Source: Xylographa opegraphella (lineage: Eukaryota). Taken from it: a stretch of 20,000 nucleotides of DNA. The number at the start of each line of letters is the position of its first letter. Position 1 is the stretch's first letter. Shown here piece after piece: positions 9,126-20,000 of the stretch. The notes beneath the pieces are model-generated. The model had not been told where the DNA came from and made no database searches. It saw nothing but the letters and a program-made list of their open reading frames with translations. The stretch lies in assembly GCA_022813865.1 (NCBI GenBank), contig JALDZX010000032.1, positions 231,046 through 251,045 on the forward strand, written 5' to 3'. The position numbers were made by a program, and so were the translations under genes.

Positions 9126-10418
9126 CGATGATACCCCAACGTTTCAACGTTCAAGTTCTGATCCTTTATCGATATACTCCAGATTATCCCCGTGCAGATC
9201 TGATCTCGCGCTCTATTCTTGTTTCCTCATCCTGTCAGTGCCAGCATCTCGTACCCGTCACTTCATAACAGCCGCGGTCGAGAGACTCCCTACAATCCTG
9301 CAATACAACTGTGCACGATCGTTGGCAGTTAGTCTTTTCCCAGCCTTAGATTACCGTCTGACAAATCAGGCATCCATCCGGCACCAGATACACTGCACTG
9401 TGCTCCTAACTCAAATCCAATGCACTGATTCTAGCCATAATCTTCCCCAATGCCTACGCCCTTTTTGCCCAGCCTTCGTTCCCCAAGATCAATACAGATG
9501 CGCCGCAAAAGCTAGCTCCTCTTTGATTACCCATCAATGTCATCCCCACGTTGAGAGTGATTCAGCTACGCGGCGCGGAACGAAAGACATGTTTCCAGAC
9601 GGCCACACCATTCAAGAAAGGCTACCACCGCGGCGCTCCTGACGCTGCTCCAGGCTTGGCTGCGTCGTGCAGAGGACATGCAAAGCCACACGAACCGGGC
9701 TGCGAGAATCCATCTCTGACCGCCAGGATCTAACAGTCACTGAGAAATGCCACTCACGGCCTTCGCAGCAGCGTCGGAACCTTGGTAGAGGGCTGAGGTA
9801 ACGCACAGGTTGTAGCAGCGGAGCGTGGTGTCGAGCTTTGCGAAATCGAGTACCTGACTCTTTTGGGCAAGGGCGCTGATCACCACACTGGTTTGCGGAG
9901 CCGTAGTATTGCATGGACCAGAACGCGAGCTGGGAAAAAAGAGACTGGGAAGATGCGTCCGTGTTTGAAAAATGTGGCTTGGACGGAGGGAAAAGAAGTA
10001 GCAGGTAGGTATTGGGAAGCGGGAGGAATGGTATTCATCGTGGGTAGGCTTGGTATACGCCCAAAAGTGACAGACCTGCAATGAGTTTCTGGACAAGTCA
10101 CTATACAGAAGATGAGTGGATACACGAGAAGGTAATCACCAGTCTGCAGTCAATAGACTATGTGTGTTACTTCCGGAGGCAGGCATGGCAGGGAACAATA
10201 GATTGCACAGCTACCCGTTCGGTAGGAAGTTTGAATTTAAGCTGTATACCCCTACGCAAATATATAATAGGCTTGTGCATGGACACCCTTTTCGTACTGA
10301 TTTTGGATCCTACTTCGGGAAAGCTCTAAAAAATTCTTATGAGTATTCTATAAAGTTCCTCGAGAAATCTATAAGGGTACTCTAAAATCTTCGCCATCTA
10401 TGTCCACCCAGCCGGTCG

Positions 10419-13400
10419 TTAGGCTCCGAAGGTGAGCTTCAACGCTATGCTGGGCTCTTCTTTGCCACGCCCATCGCGACGAGCATCACTCTTGCTAGCG
10501 CCACCTTCTTTGATGATCTGCTCCATGAACGCGCGCTGCTCAAGATTCATCTTCTCTACTATAGACCTGAAGGCGCCCTGATCAATGCTTGCCATGGACA
10601 TAAGTCGGGAGGCTGTATCATCATAAGAGTCTTTGCCTTCTCTCGAGGCTACATGTAGGACTAAGGGAACAACAAGAGTGTACAGAGTAGCGGCTTGTTC
10701 GTCTTGCAGCGTCGATGCGTAGGAGATGATTGTTGCCAGTATGAGACCCCTTGAGTTTTCGGGGTCTTGTTGGGCGTCGTCAATGAGGAATTGCAATAAC
10801 CGTGGGAGCAGATAAGCAGCAATGGCTTGGCCCACTTCTCCTTTCGGCTCGGTCAGCAGTAGGGATCTTATGCAATTGGCAGCCACTTTTCCTAGTCCAC
10901 GATCTTGTAGACAGTCGAGTAAGTCGTCGATGAGCTTCAACACTAATGGTTCATTAGGCAAGATGCCTTCGGAGCCATTGGTGAGAAGAATGACCGAAGC
11001 CATAAGAGTGTTCTTAGCACAAAGCAAACTCGCTTCTGATTCGCGTCTTTGAGCGTTGGCAAGAATGGAACGCAGCTTTTGGAGGCAACTTCTGAGCTGC
11101 TCGGTGATACTTGGGTTTTCCTCGACGTCTTCGGTGATAGTCTGAACAAACCGCCGGAAAATCGGTAAAACTTTTGGTACTACGGATGCCTGGCATACGC
11201 CCGTACCGAGAATAGTGGTAAAGATATGGATGATGCAGGCGCGCAGATCAGTACGGATGACAGAAGGAAAGATACCTGAGACGTCAACGAGGGCTTCGAG
11301 CGACAAGTCGAGCAATGCCACTCCTTCGGCAGGGATCTGATGTCGAATCGTTGTTGGTTTCTCTCCAAGATTGGGAAGAACACTGGCGATTACTAAAACT
11401 ATTATTCTTGTAAGCTCGAATAGCTGTTCGATATCGTCGGATAAGTGTTCGTCTCCCTCGGTGCCCTCCTTGACCGAAGGATGAGTCAGACATAGATTGC
11501 GAGTAATCTCTACAATAGCTCCCTGCACAGCAGAGCCTTCTGTTAAGGCTAGACGATCGAATAGCTCCATAGTCTCTGAGAAGACAACATCTTGGTAGAC
11601 AGCATGACCAGAGACGGAGGGACGAAGAATCCGTTTCAACGCCAGCAGAATCTCCAAGGTCTGATCATTTGTGTTCTGAGTATCCATGTCTGGACGCTTG
11701 ACTAAGGCCTCGAAAGATATGCCGTACAACATGAAAAAGAATGCCACTGGCTCGTTGCGATAGCTGATGTCGTCCCTATTGGACGCTGCACCACTACTTA
11801 CCGAGTTGCCTGTCTTACCGTCGAGGGCGTCAAACACGACATCGCCATCTTGGTCTATTAAGCTTGCAATAGCTTCCACAAGTTTAAGCCAAGAGTCCTG
11901 GTAAAACTGTAGCTATGTCAGTAGATGGTTCGGGTGAGGACAAATAATGTGCTACCTTGAGAAGAGTTTGCCGGTTGAACGCGGCATATATCGTGTCAAG
12001 GCTGTCTCGGCCGTTAATTCCCATGCTACTGGAGATATCCGGCTCGAAACGCAGACGAGCAAATTCTTGTAATGAAGATAGCCACAAAGGCGTTAGAGTG
12101 GCCGTATGTGATTTGACAACTTCCACCAAATAACCCTGTTCTGTGCTCGCAACCTGTAACTCAGCCCATGCTGATAACACAGACATCTTGACCATCGTTT
12201 TCGCATTGGAGCTGAGGCCTTTAAGATCTCCAATAGCTGGACTTCCCGTATCAACTAATTCAATCAGTAGCTGCATCACCTCACGATCATCAGAAGGCAT
12301 ACCGGTGAAGCTGTTCAAAGTAGACACTAATAGCTTGAGAATTCTACCCATACGATCAACGTCTTTGACTAGTCCGGCAGAAATGAAGGTTGCGCAGACG
12401 CTGATTGCCACTGAAGCAAGCTCAGGAGACGAGTCTGCTCCAAATGCTGGCGTAAGCGCAGAGCTGATCTGCGCTTGGTATTGCTCCAGCAAAAGTGCCT
12501 CCGAGAAATCCGGATCTGGAGTCTTCCCGAATATCTGATACGAAGGTTAGATATTAAGTCGATGTTCGCAACATGTGATCTGACACTTACTAGCAAAACC
12601 TGGTCTATCAGTTTGAGCCCCCGAACTCGAAGCTCTATGACTGAGGCTGTGGATGCGAGAAAAGCTATCCGGATAAGATCGGAAACTTTCTGTTGCATGG
12701 CAAGCCCGGCCAGGGAGCCAGGATGTGCTAGCATGTCTCGTGCAACCGTGCTAAGAATATCACTGAGACACTCCAGCGTAAATGCACGTACTTGCCATCT
12801 TAGCAGCTCCTGGCCGACAGAATTGTTATCCCCATCGTCATCCTTGCCATCTCCAAGTGCGAATCCGGCAACTTCCTCATCTTGGACATCTGGAGCAGCG
12901 GAAGGCAGTGTTTGTTCGGGACCTGGCGTAACTCCATTTGATTTTGTCACTGTTTTTGTCAACAGATTCTGGCAGCGATTGATCCACTGCGTTGTCTGGG
13001 TCAAAGTTGTCTGCTGAAGCCAGGCTTCCACAATGCTTCGAATTCCACCTTGCTCGTACGGGGTATCTAAAGACTTCCAGATCTGATCCTCAAAACCTTC
13101 AACAGCTACATTCATCGTCTGATCAGCGTTTCGCCGCATAAGATTATAAAGACCATCTGTAGCAATATCGCGAATGTCATTTCCGGGAAGGGCCAGACCT
13201 TCCCGCAACTGCTGTACGTATCTTGATAGTTCAACATAGGAAGGAGCATATAGATATATGTGCTCCCAGCAGCGCAGCGCTTGACCCCGAACCAATGTTT
13301 CTTCATCAGCATCAAATTGTCGTACGAGGGTTAGGATCAAGTCACGAGCCTTGCCCATGTCCTGCAGATCAGGCCCTAAAACATTAATCAGAGACGCTAT

Positions 13401-16400
13401 GCAGTGGGCGATGGCACCAGTGGTTGGCAATTCTAGTTCTGCATTAGATGTGCCGACGGCGTCCGCCTCTTCACAGTGGCTGTCAGATATCCACAGCTGC
13501 GCCAGCAAACCAAGGGTACTCGGAATATATCCGGAGAATGTAAGACCAGCAGATTCCGCCACTTCAGAAAGCGCCTCAATAGCCCAGAAGTGCACCGTAG
13601 GATGTGGATCGCTACACAAAGACATCAAAACACCATGGATTTGCCGTAGATGAAACCCTGCAGCCATACCGCCAACATTTGAATGTATGGATCCCAGTGC
13701 CATAGCACATCCAGCACGAGCATCGGGTTCTCGATTTGACACAATGGTTTCAATCAAATTGTTGACAACGGCGGTGGTAAATGCATTACCAGAGCCATTG
13801 CACATGCGTCCCAATGCTTCACAGCCAACGTTACGAACATATTTGTCGGGGTCTACTACGAGGCTCTACTTGGCAGTCAGTCCCATTACCCAAGTATGTC
13901 AATAGCGGTACGTAACCCTTAAAAGTTCGTCAAAATACTTTTCCACAGGAGGTGATTTTAAATCACCGGGAATGGCTAGAGTTTCACTCAATGTGACTTT
14001 CAAAGCTCCCAGAAGTGCCAAAGCAATATTGACCGTGACTGCTGCCTTCCTTCCCGGGTCCCTTTGAAGAATCTTTGCTCCAAGAAAAGTAGATAGTTGT
14101 TCGAGTATGCTCTCTTGAATTTTCGGGCTTTGTAGCGGGAAAGCCGCTGCAAACACCGAAATCGCCGAATTGACGACTTCTGTGGCAGGTGGATCCGGCA
14201 AATCCTCTGCGGTGTTGAAGTCCTGTGTGTCTATATAAACGGAATCGTGTTCCAAGGCACCGCATGTGGGAGATAGCAACTAGTAATGTCAGCGCATTCT
14301 GGAATGTACGTAGACTCTTAGCGTACTAGGCGTTCTAAGATGTATTCGACATCACTCCTATCATACCAAGATGACTGAACACCATCTGATTGCTCGCCTG
14401 CCAGTGGCTTGACGTGCAATCCTTTCATCAGACCTGATACTCCGTATCCAGAGTTGTCGGCCACATTCCAAATGCTATCGAAATTACTCGCCGAATTTGC
14501 TATGGACGTTCCCAGAGAGCCTTGTACATATCCTTCCGGTTCGGCAAAGCAAGATATGGCAAAGGCGACGATTCCTGACTGGGAGAGAGTCTCTCGGCTA
14601 GCGTGCGGACTTCTGATCGCAAGCCTGGTCAAGCATTGTAGTACCCTTCTTCTGACCATTTGTACGAGGTCTGGTAGTTGAAGCGAAGGAAGCATACGGG
14701 ACGACATTTCACTTTCGGCTCTGGTGGTTGGGATGTGGTCAAGAAACTCGATTGTGTTCTGCAGCATGGTCGCAATACGCTTGGACACGTCGGTGGTCAA
14801 CAAGCGTCCATTGAACTCGAGAAAAGCTAGAATTGATCCCAAAGCACATTCCCGAACGTGTACTAGATAGCTGATCTCAGCCATCTGTCGCTGCCCAGCA
14901 TTCTCTTTGGTCAGAGCTTTCGGAAGAGAGTTCCTCCACAGTAGTAAAAGCTGAGTCAAGTGAATCTTTACGAAGTTCGGTCCCAGTGACATGAGACCCC
15001 CTATCAGAATCCACGCTACTTGGACTTGCGTGCCCGAAATTCGAAGTTCAGTGTTGACACTCGACTTGAGCAACTCAGTTGCTTGCTGTAAGACTCGGGA
15101 ACTAATCTCCAACGAACTATACAAGGGCTGTAGACTTGATATGCTTATAACCGCTGCAAGACCGTTCGCATACCCGACACATTTTCTAGCCGAGAGGCGC
15201 CCTGTATTTAGCAATTCCAGTTCCCTGTTAAGAGAATCCATGGAGGTAGAGGCGCATTGGATAAGTTGTGATGGACAGGCCAGTGTGAAGAGACGAAGAC
15301 AGTAAGAAGCATGTATTTGCACTGTATAGCTTGGATGCTGCAGAACTTGCAAGAGAGCATCTCGACAGCTATCGGCTAGTGGACTGAATGCTGATCCGAG
15401 AGCTCTGATCAAGGAAGCTAAAACATCAAGAACACCTGTCAGAGTATTCTTCGTTGGCTCACTCTTTTCCTTGAGCACCCTAGGATAATTCTTCAGATAA
15501 TCGTTGATCAGTAGCTTTGCTGCAACAGTCTGAGCTGCTTCACCAAGTATAGATCGACCCACCACATCGGCCAGCAGCTTGTGTACAAACCGTCTGGTTA
15601 AGAGAAGTCGATATCGGTGGTGAGTTATCAAAGGACTGCTTAGGATGTCGACCAAAAAATGATCTGCTATGATAGCGTAATTCGCTTCTATGACACTAGG
15701 GTCTAGAGTCTGGAAAACCCTAGAGTAGCAGCTTATCACAGCAGCTCTGCCTCTATTACTGGTCGAAGAGCGTATATATTGAGCCGAAAGTTGCCGTAAC
15801 ATGTCTGGAAGCGTCAGATCTAGCTGTACAGAATTCTTCTTCCAAGTTGGAGACGCTAATCGTAAGGTGTCCGAGTCGTCTCCATCAGGCGCAGAAAGAT
15901 TCTGGCCTGGAAGTGGTTTCTTCGCTCTCTTGAACCGTGGTGTCTTGGGTATTTTCGGTGTCGACGTCAATGGAGTCATCGCCGAATACCCCTTGATCAT
16001 CAACGCTGCCAGACATGATGCAGAGGCTTGCCGCACAGCAGACACCGAGCTGTCCCCGGCTTTCCATATCGTGGTCTTCAATGACTCAAAGTCGTTGGTA
16101 TTGTTGAAGTGATCTGTTACTCGTACGAGTCGTTCGAGACAGACGCAAGCCTTGATCTGAACCAAAGCTCCTCGATCGCCTGATGCCGCAGTCCGAGCTT
16201 GCTTGAAGATCTCACGGGCTACAGACTCGTCAAGTGACCCCTGAACAGCTTCAACCACCCTGCAAAGGGATTGGAATATTGCCGCTCGAAGCGCGACATG
16301 GCCTGTTGCAGCTTTCAAGAGCTTGATGATGGCTGTACTAGTAAAACTAGACAGATTGACCGCCCCATCTCCTGCGACTCTATATATCTCCCCCAGACAA

Positions 16401-16822
16401 AGGACGGCCGCTTGCTTATTCCTGATTTCTTTCTCAATTTTACCTACATTCAAGGACTCTCCTAGCTCGGTGATCGTTTCGAAAAGGAGCTTCCGGTCTC
16501 CTTTTCCAAAAATATGTCTTAAACAGCGGCCGATAGCATTGCGAACCGGTCTCGTAGGTGGCGGAGTAGGAAGGTTGATGATCTGCAGTAGTTCTTTCTT
16601 CAGTTGGACTTGCTCCTCCTTGAGGACTTCAATCTTCAGCGATTTGATATGCTTCTCGGAATTTGTCACGAAGTTAAATAAGTACAAGGCCTGCTGCTCG
16701 GAGGGTAAGGAGTGAAGCTTCGTGATGTCAAGTTCAACCTCCTGCTTGACATGTTTGCTGGGTATACTCTTGGCCTCTCCGTTGCCATTTGAGACATGTG
16801 AAGACGACGGGAGATGGGACAT
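10419..16822 (-). CDS. LAA1: HEAT-repeat AP-1 accessory protein Laa1/HEATR5 family, 2050 aa; exons 16822-14327, 14279-13917, 13865-12591, 12534-12303, 12254-11956, 11906-10419
   Basis: Motifs ELDITKLHSLPSEQQ.LYL, GDRKLLFETI, QVQVAWILIGGLMSLGPNFVKIHL.QLLLLW, ARAGCAMALGSIHSNVGGMAAGFHL, FGKTPDPDF, LLEQYQAQISSALTPAF, FYQDSWLKLV, C-terminal EPSIALKL.F. Five 47-56 nt introns all in phase (6153 nt total). Confidence 0.93.
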
Positions 16823-16980
16823 GAATTACACCTTGACTGTGCTTCGTCGAAATGCATTTCACATCATTGTGAACACACGGCGGAACTTGGCTTTGGTTTG
16901 CGGAAAGCGCTCGCTTCCTCCACGCCCTAAATAAATTTTGGACCAGCAACTCTCGAAGCAACAGTCTGCAGAGTCTGCAC
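16823..16980. promoter_or_regulatory. Very short bidirectional promoter region (158 bp between start codons)
   Basis: Divergent ATGs at 16822 (-) and 16981 (+). Confidence 0.55.
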
Positions 16981-17885
16981 ATGATCGGACCACGACTACT
17001 GCATAGCTGTTGCTGCGCTCGTGCAAGTCTACGAAGGATATCCACCTCCACTTCTTTGCTTTCGGGACATAACCGGTGGTCCAAGATCAAGCATGATAAA
17101 GCCAAGGTCGACGGAGCAAAAACACGGCAGCGCTCTAATATCGCAAAGGAGCTGACCAGTGCCTCTAAAGGTAGGCAATGTAGTCGGCCTTAGTGTCTCC
17201 ATAGGCTCATGTTATTATAGCGGCAGGTGCAGATCCAACCACCAATACACGGCTTGCCGTTCTCATCGCAAGTGCCAAAAGGGCCGGCTTCCCAAAAGCT
17301 TCGATAGACACTGCCATAGCTCGAGGCCAGGGTATCTCCAGTAGCGGTGCGCCTCTCGAAAATGTCACCCTGGAGGTGATGCTACCCCATGCCGTTGCTG
17401 CTGTGATCGAATGTCAGACGGACTCGAAGGCACGACTGCTTCAGGATCTTCGAGAAATCTTCAAGTACTATGGCGCAAACACTACGCCCACCACGTATTT
17501 GTTTGAGAAGAAAGGGCGGATTGTGCTCGAATCATCGAGCGAGATTGAGGAGGAGGAGCTACTGGAACAAGGGATCGGTGCAGGGGCGCTGGATATCGAA
17601 CAAGACGACGACGGTAGCATTGTCGTTCTCACAGAACCAAACCGGATTACGGCAGTGGGAGAAGCACTTACGAGCGCTCTCGGACTTAAAATAGACAGGA
17701 CTGAATTTATCTGGGACCCGAAGGATGATACGAAGGTGGACATACCCACTCCGGAATATGCGGAGAAACTCAACAGGTTCACAAGTTAGTACTTGCTGCT
17801 GTATGGCTGTTGGTTAACTGATCAGTATGCAGGCAAACTAGAAGAAGATGCGAGCGTGCAAGGCATTTACCTCAATACCACTTGA
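16981..17885 (+). CDS. TACO1/YebC (DUF28) family mitochondrial protein, 268 aa; exons 16981-17170, 17221-17784, 17833-17885
   Basis: Presequence followed by the family signature SGHNRWSKIKHDK, then GADPTTNTRLA..IA.AKRAGFPKASIDTAIARGQG, IECQTDSKARL, YLFEKKGRI, GALDIE, and LEEDASVQGIYLN. Two canonical introns. Confidence 0.93.
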
Positions 17886-17960
17886 GCAAGACTCGCTTTT
17901 GCACATTCTACCACCAATATTATTGATGTAACATAATCTCAAGTCAATCCCGCGGGAGCC

Positions 17961-19153
17961 CTATTCACCCGTTTGTAGTCCCAAGATCGGTACCCTCATT
18001 CTCGTCAATGATACATTGTCATTAAGAAGTGTAATTTCATCGTCTAAATTGTCCCTACACTTCGCAATATCTCGAAGTGTATCACGACAACGCTCTACTG
18101 CTAATTCCTCACGACATTCTTCCAAGTGCAGCCTTAATATATCAAATGTTAATGAAAATTTTGTATCGCCGCCGTCCGTGGCATTGAGAGGGTAGAAGTC
18201 ACTGAGTTTCAAATCAAGTTCCGAAGTTGCATTATCTGGAACAAAATACTAAAACAAACCCGAATTAGTATATATTGTAATTAAGGAAAATAAAGGGAGT
18301 TAAACATACTGATCGAGTTCCTTGCTGCTTCGCCTGTCCGTTCAGTGGATCCCTTTTCCATATCTCGAGAAAAACGCTCATTTTATTGACCCAGACGAAA
18401 TTATTTATCTGTAGTGGGCCAAAGGTGCTGTTCGGATCTTTCGAAATAACCATGTCGGTATCAAGATCTTTGTAGTCAGGGAATCCAAGATTTTCAACAT
18501 CGTCGTCTTCAAATTTGCTGATAGGGGAACGGTATGCTGGATTCTCCTCCACTTTAATCAGTATAACAGTTATTATTTCTCTCGTTCCTTCTATCCACAA
18601 TTTCGCGTCATCAACAAGTTCTTCGTAGCTCTCAGAGACGCCAATTTCAACCACCGCGGTATATGAGGTTTTACGATCTTGTCTTCTGTATTTGAACAGA
18701 ACATCAGGTTCCTCAGTACTATTTTCGTAAATCCCTCTAAAGGCGCCTACTCTTTGACTCCCAACAACAACGAGGTGCGCCGCTATTTCAGATCGAAGGT
18801 TTTGCCTAGCAGCAAAGCCGCTTTCGATGAGAGAGGCCGCAAAATTGTCGTGGACAGGCGATGGCATCCACTGGATTACAGCAGTGGAGTTTTGAGAGTT
18901 ATAGGACAAGGACGGCGAGCTGGTACATATCACATTAGCTATCATAATCTTCATATCAGATATTGATCACATACTACAAATCGTTTCCATCATCATCAAG
19001 AATTTCATTCAGCTTTTGAAATTCGATCATTGATACGTGTAGTCTTTCCACATTACGCAAAGGTTTGAACCTGAGATCTCTGCGTTGCTTAGCGGCGAGA
19101 ACGCTCTCTTTAATTCTAGCCTTGTAGATAATAAACTCTGAGGGTATTAACAT
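17961..19153 (-). CDS. Fungal PD-(D/E)XK restriction-endonuclease-fold (Uma2/CR-REase-like) protein, 358 aa from ATG 19153; exons 19153-18975, 18919-18310, 18248-17961; may be a 5'-disrupted longer gene
   Basis: MPSPVHD ... EPD ... [23 protein letters not shown] ... VILIKVEE pattern typical of Pezizomycotina REase-fold families. Two GTATGT...CTAAT...YAG introns in phase. The frame continues upstream past a single TAA (19192-19190) to ATG 19342. Confidence 0.65.
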
Positions 19154-19475
19154 CTCGAGTGGGCTTTCGGGAGGCGTTACTGGATGATTTTACAGGACGG
19201 CCGGATTGTGTGTCGACGAAATATTATGCTCCAAATTATATACATGCCGGGCATTTCCTGGTGAGGTAATTTTGCGTCGTGGCGGCTGGTTCGAAGAAAG
19301 TGAGGCAGTAAAAGAAGAAGTTCTGTTCGGTGATTGAAACATTGAAACTTGTTCAAAAGCTTGATGAGAATTGTAATTGCTTTTCTTATTATGCAATGTC
19401 ACGGACTCGCGATAAGCCATAACAGAGTAATGCCTAAAAAGGCTCGGCGGAATTATCCAGCGAAATGTAAAGGGA

Positions 19476-19565
19476 TTTTTAGTAAATTATAATATTAATA
19501 ATAAAGATTAAAAAAATTAAAATTATAATAATAAAATATATATATAAAAACTATTGAATTTAATC
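19476..19565. repeat. Extremely AT-rich, TpA-rich tract (possible RIP-degraded repeat relic)
   Basis: About 90 bp of nearly pure A/T (aaattataatattaataataaagattaaaaaaattaaaattataataataaaatatatatataaaaa), in sharp contrast to the genic regions. Confidence 0.5.
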
Positions 19566-19716
19566 ACTAGGCACAGGGGTTTTGGCAGCAGATAGCAGTG
19601 CATTGCTTAATCACTAAGAAGGTGAAGAGTTCTCCTGAAGCGGAAGCTTCATGTTACGATCCTGCCTCTCACTAGTATAGTTCGATTAGGGATCTGGGTT
19701 GGATTCGTCAATGAGT

Positions 19717-19726
19717 NNNNNNNNNN
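19717..19726. other. Assembly gap (10 N)
   Basis: Run of ten n characters. Confidence 1.
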
Positions 19727-20000
19727 TCACGATGCAGTCTTAATGCTCCAGTCTAATAGTCTTCGTACAGTATTGTATTGAAGCCTAGTAGCCTAAGATC
19801 ATAACATGAGTTGAACACGACCTTCTACAACATAGGAAATCCTCCACTCTATATAGAAGTCCTGTTCACGGGTGCCCTTCGTGCCCTCCATGCCCTCACA
19901 CAAGGGCATCAGTGACACCAGGGGCATCGGTTGGGAAAAGAGCCGATCCGGCCAAGCTATCCCCTCCCGGGCCTAGCTTACCCTGTGAAGGTGAGAACCT

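Noticed and set aside
9238..10385. Several short ORFs (60-134 aa) between the DUF1640 gene and LAA1
   Set aside because: No recognisable motifs, many non-ATG starts and no convincing spliced model. A small gene or lncRNA cannot be excluded without RNA data.
13866..13916. Apparent premature stop (TGA) in LAA1 suggesting a pseudogene
   Set aside because: It lies within a 51-nt intron (weak GTTACG donor, ACTGAC branch, TAG acceptor) whose removal restores LLR-SLVVDPD.
1..20000. CRISPR arrays, tRNA/rRNA genes, transposase or reverse transcriptase ORFs, biosynthetic gene cluster
   Set aside because: None seen. The window is mostly spliced housekeeping genes of unrelated function.

Overview
Eukaryotic, gene-dense window from a filamentous ascomycete (Pezizomycotina-type genes with short ~47-61 nt GT-AG introns and CTRAY-like branch points). 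I reconstructed seven spliced genes by hand: a GNAT acetyltransferase (-), GPI13/PIG-O (-), a CAX/VCX1-family cation exchanger (-), a DUF1640/MCUR1-like mitochondrial coiled-coil protein (+), LAA1/HEATR5 (-), a TACO1/YebC protein (+), and a PD-(D/E)XK nuclease-like gene (-) beside an AT-rich tract and an assembly gap. The main finding is hidden from the ORF track by splicing. The CAX gene (7443->5134, 6 exons, 682 aa) carries a complete 76-residue ubiquitin domain (42/76 identical to yeast ubiquitin by manual alignment) ending in an intact LRLRGG. It sits in frame in the N-terminal region, and the same exon runs from LRLRGG into the transporter's TM1-TM2. The ubiquitin moiety has lost K6/K29/K48/K63 but keeps L8/I44/V70/R72. 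The exchanger moiety has lost both canonical GNxxE glutamates. This suggests a DUB-cleavable ubiquitin fusion to a non-canonical CAX protein. All family calls rest on motif recognition, not database searches.
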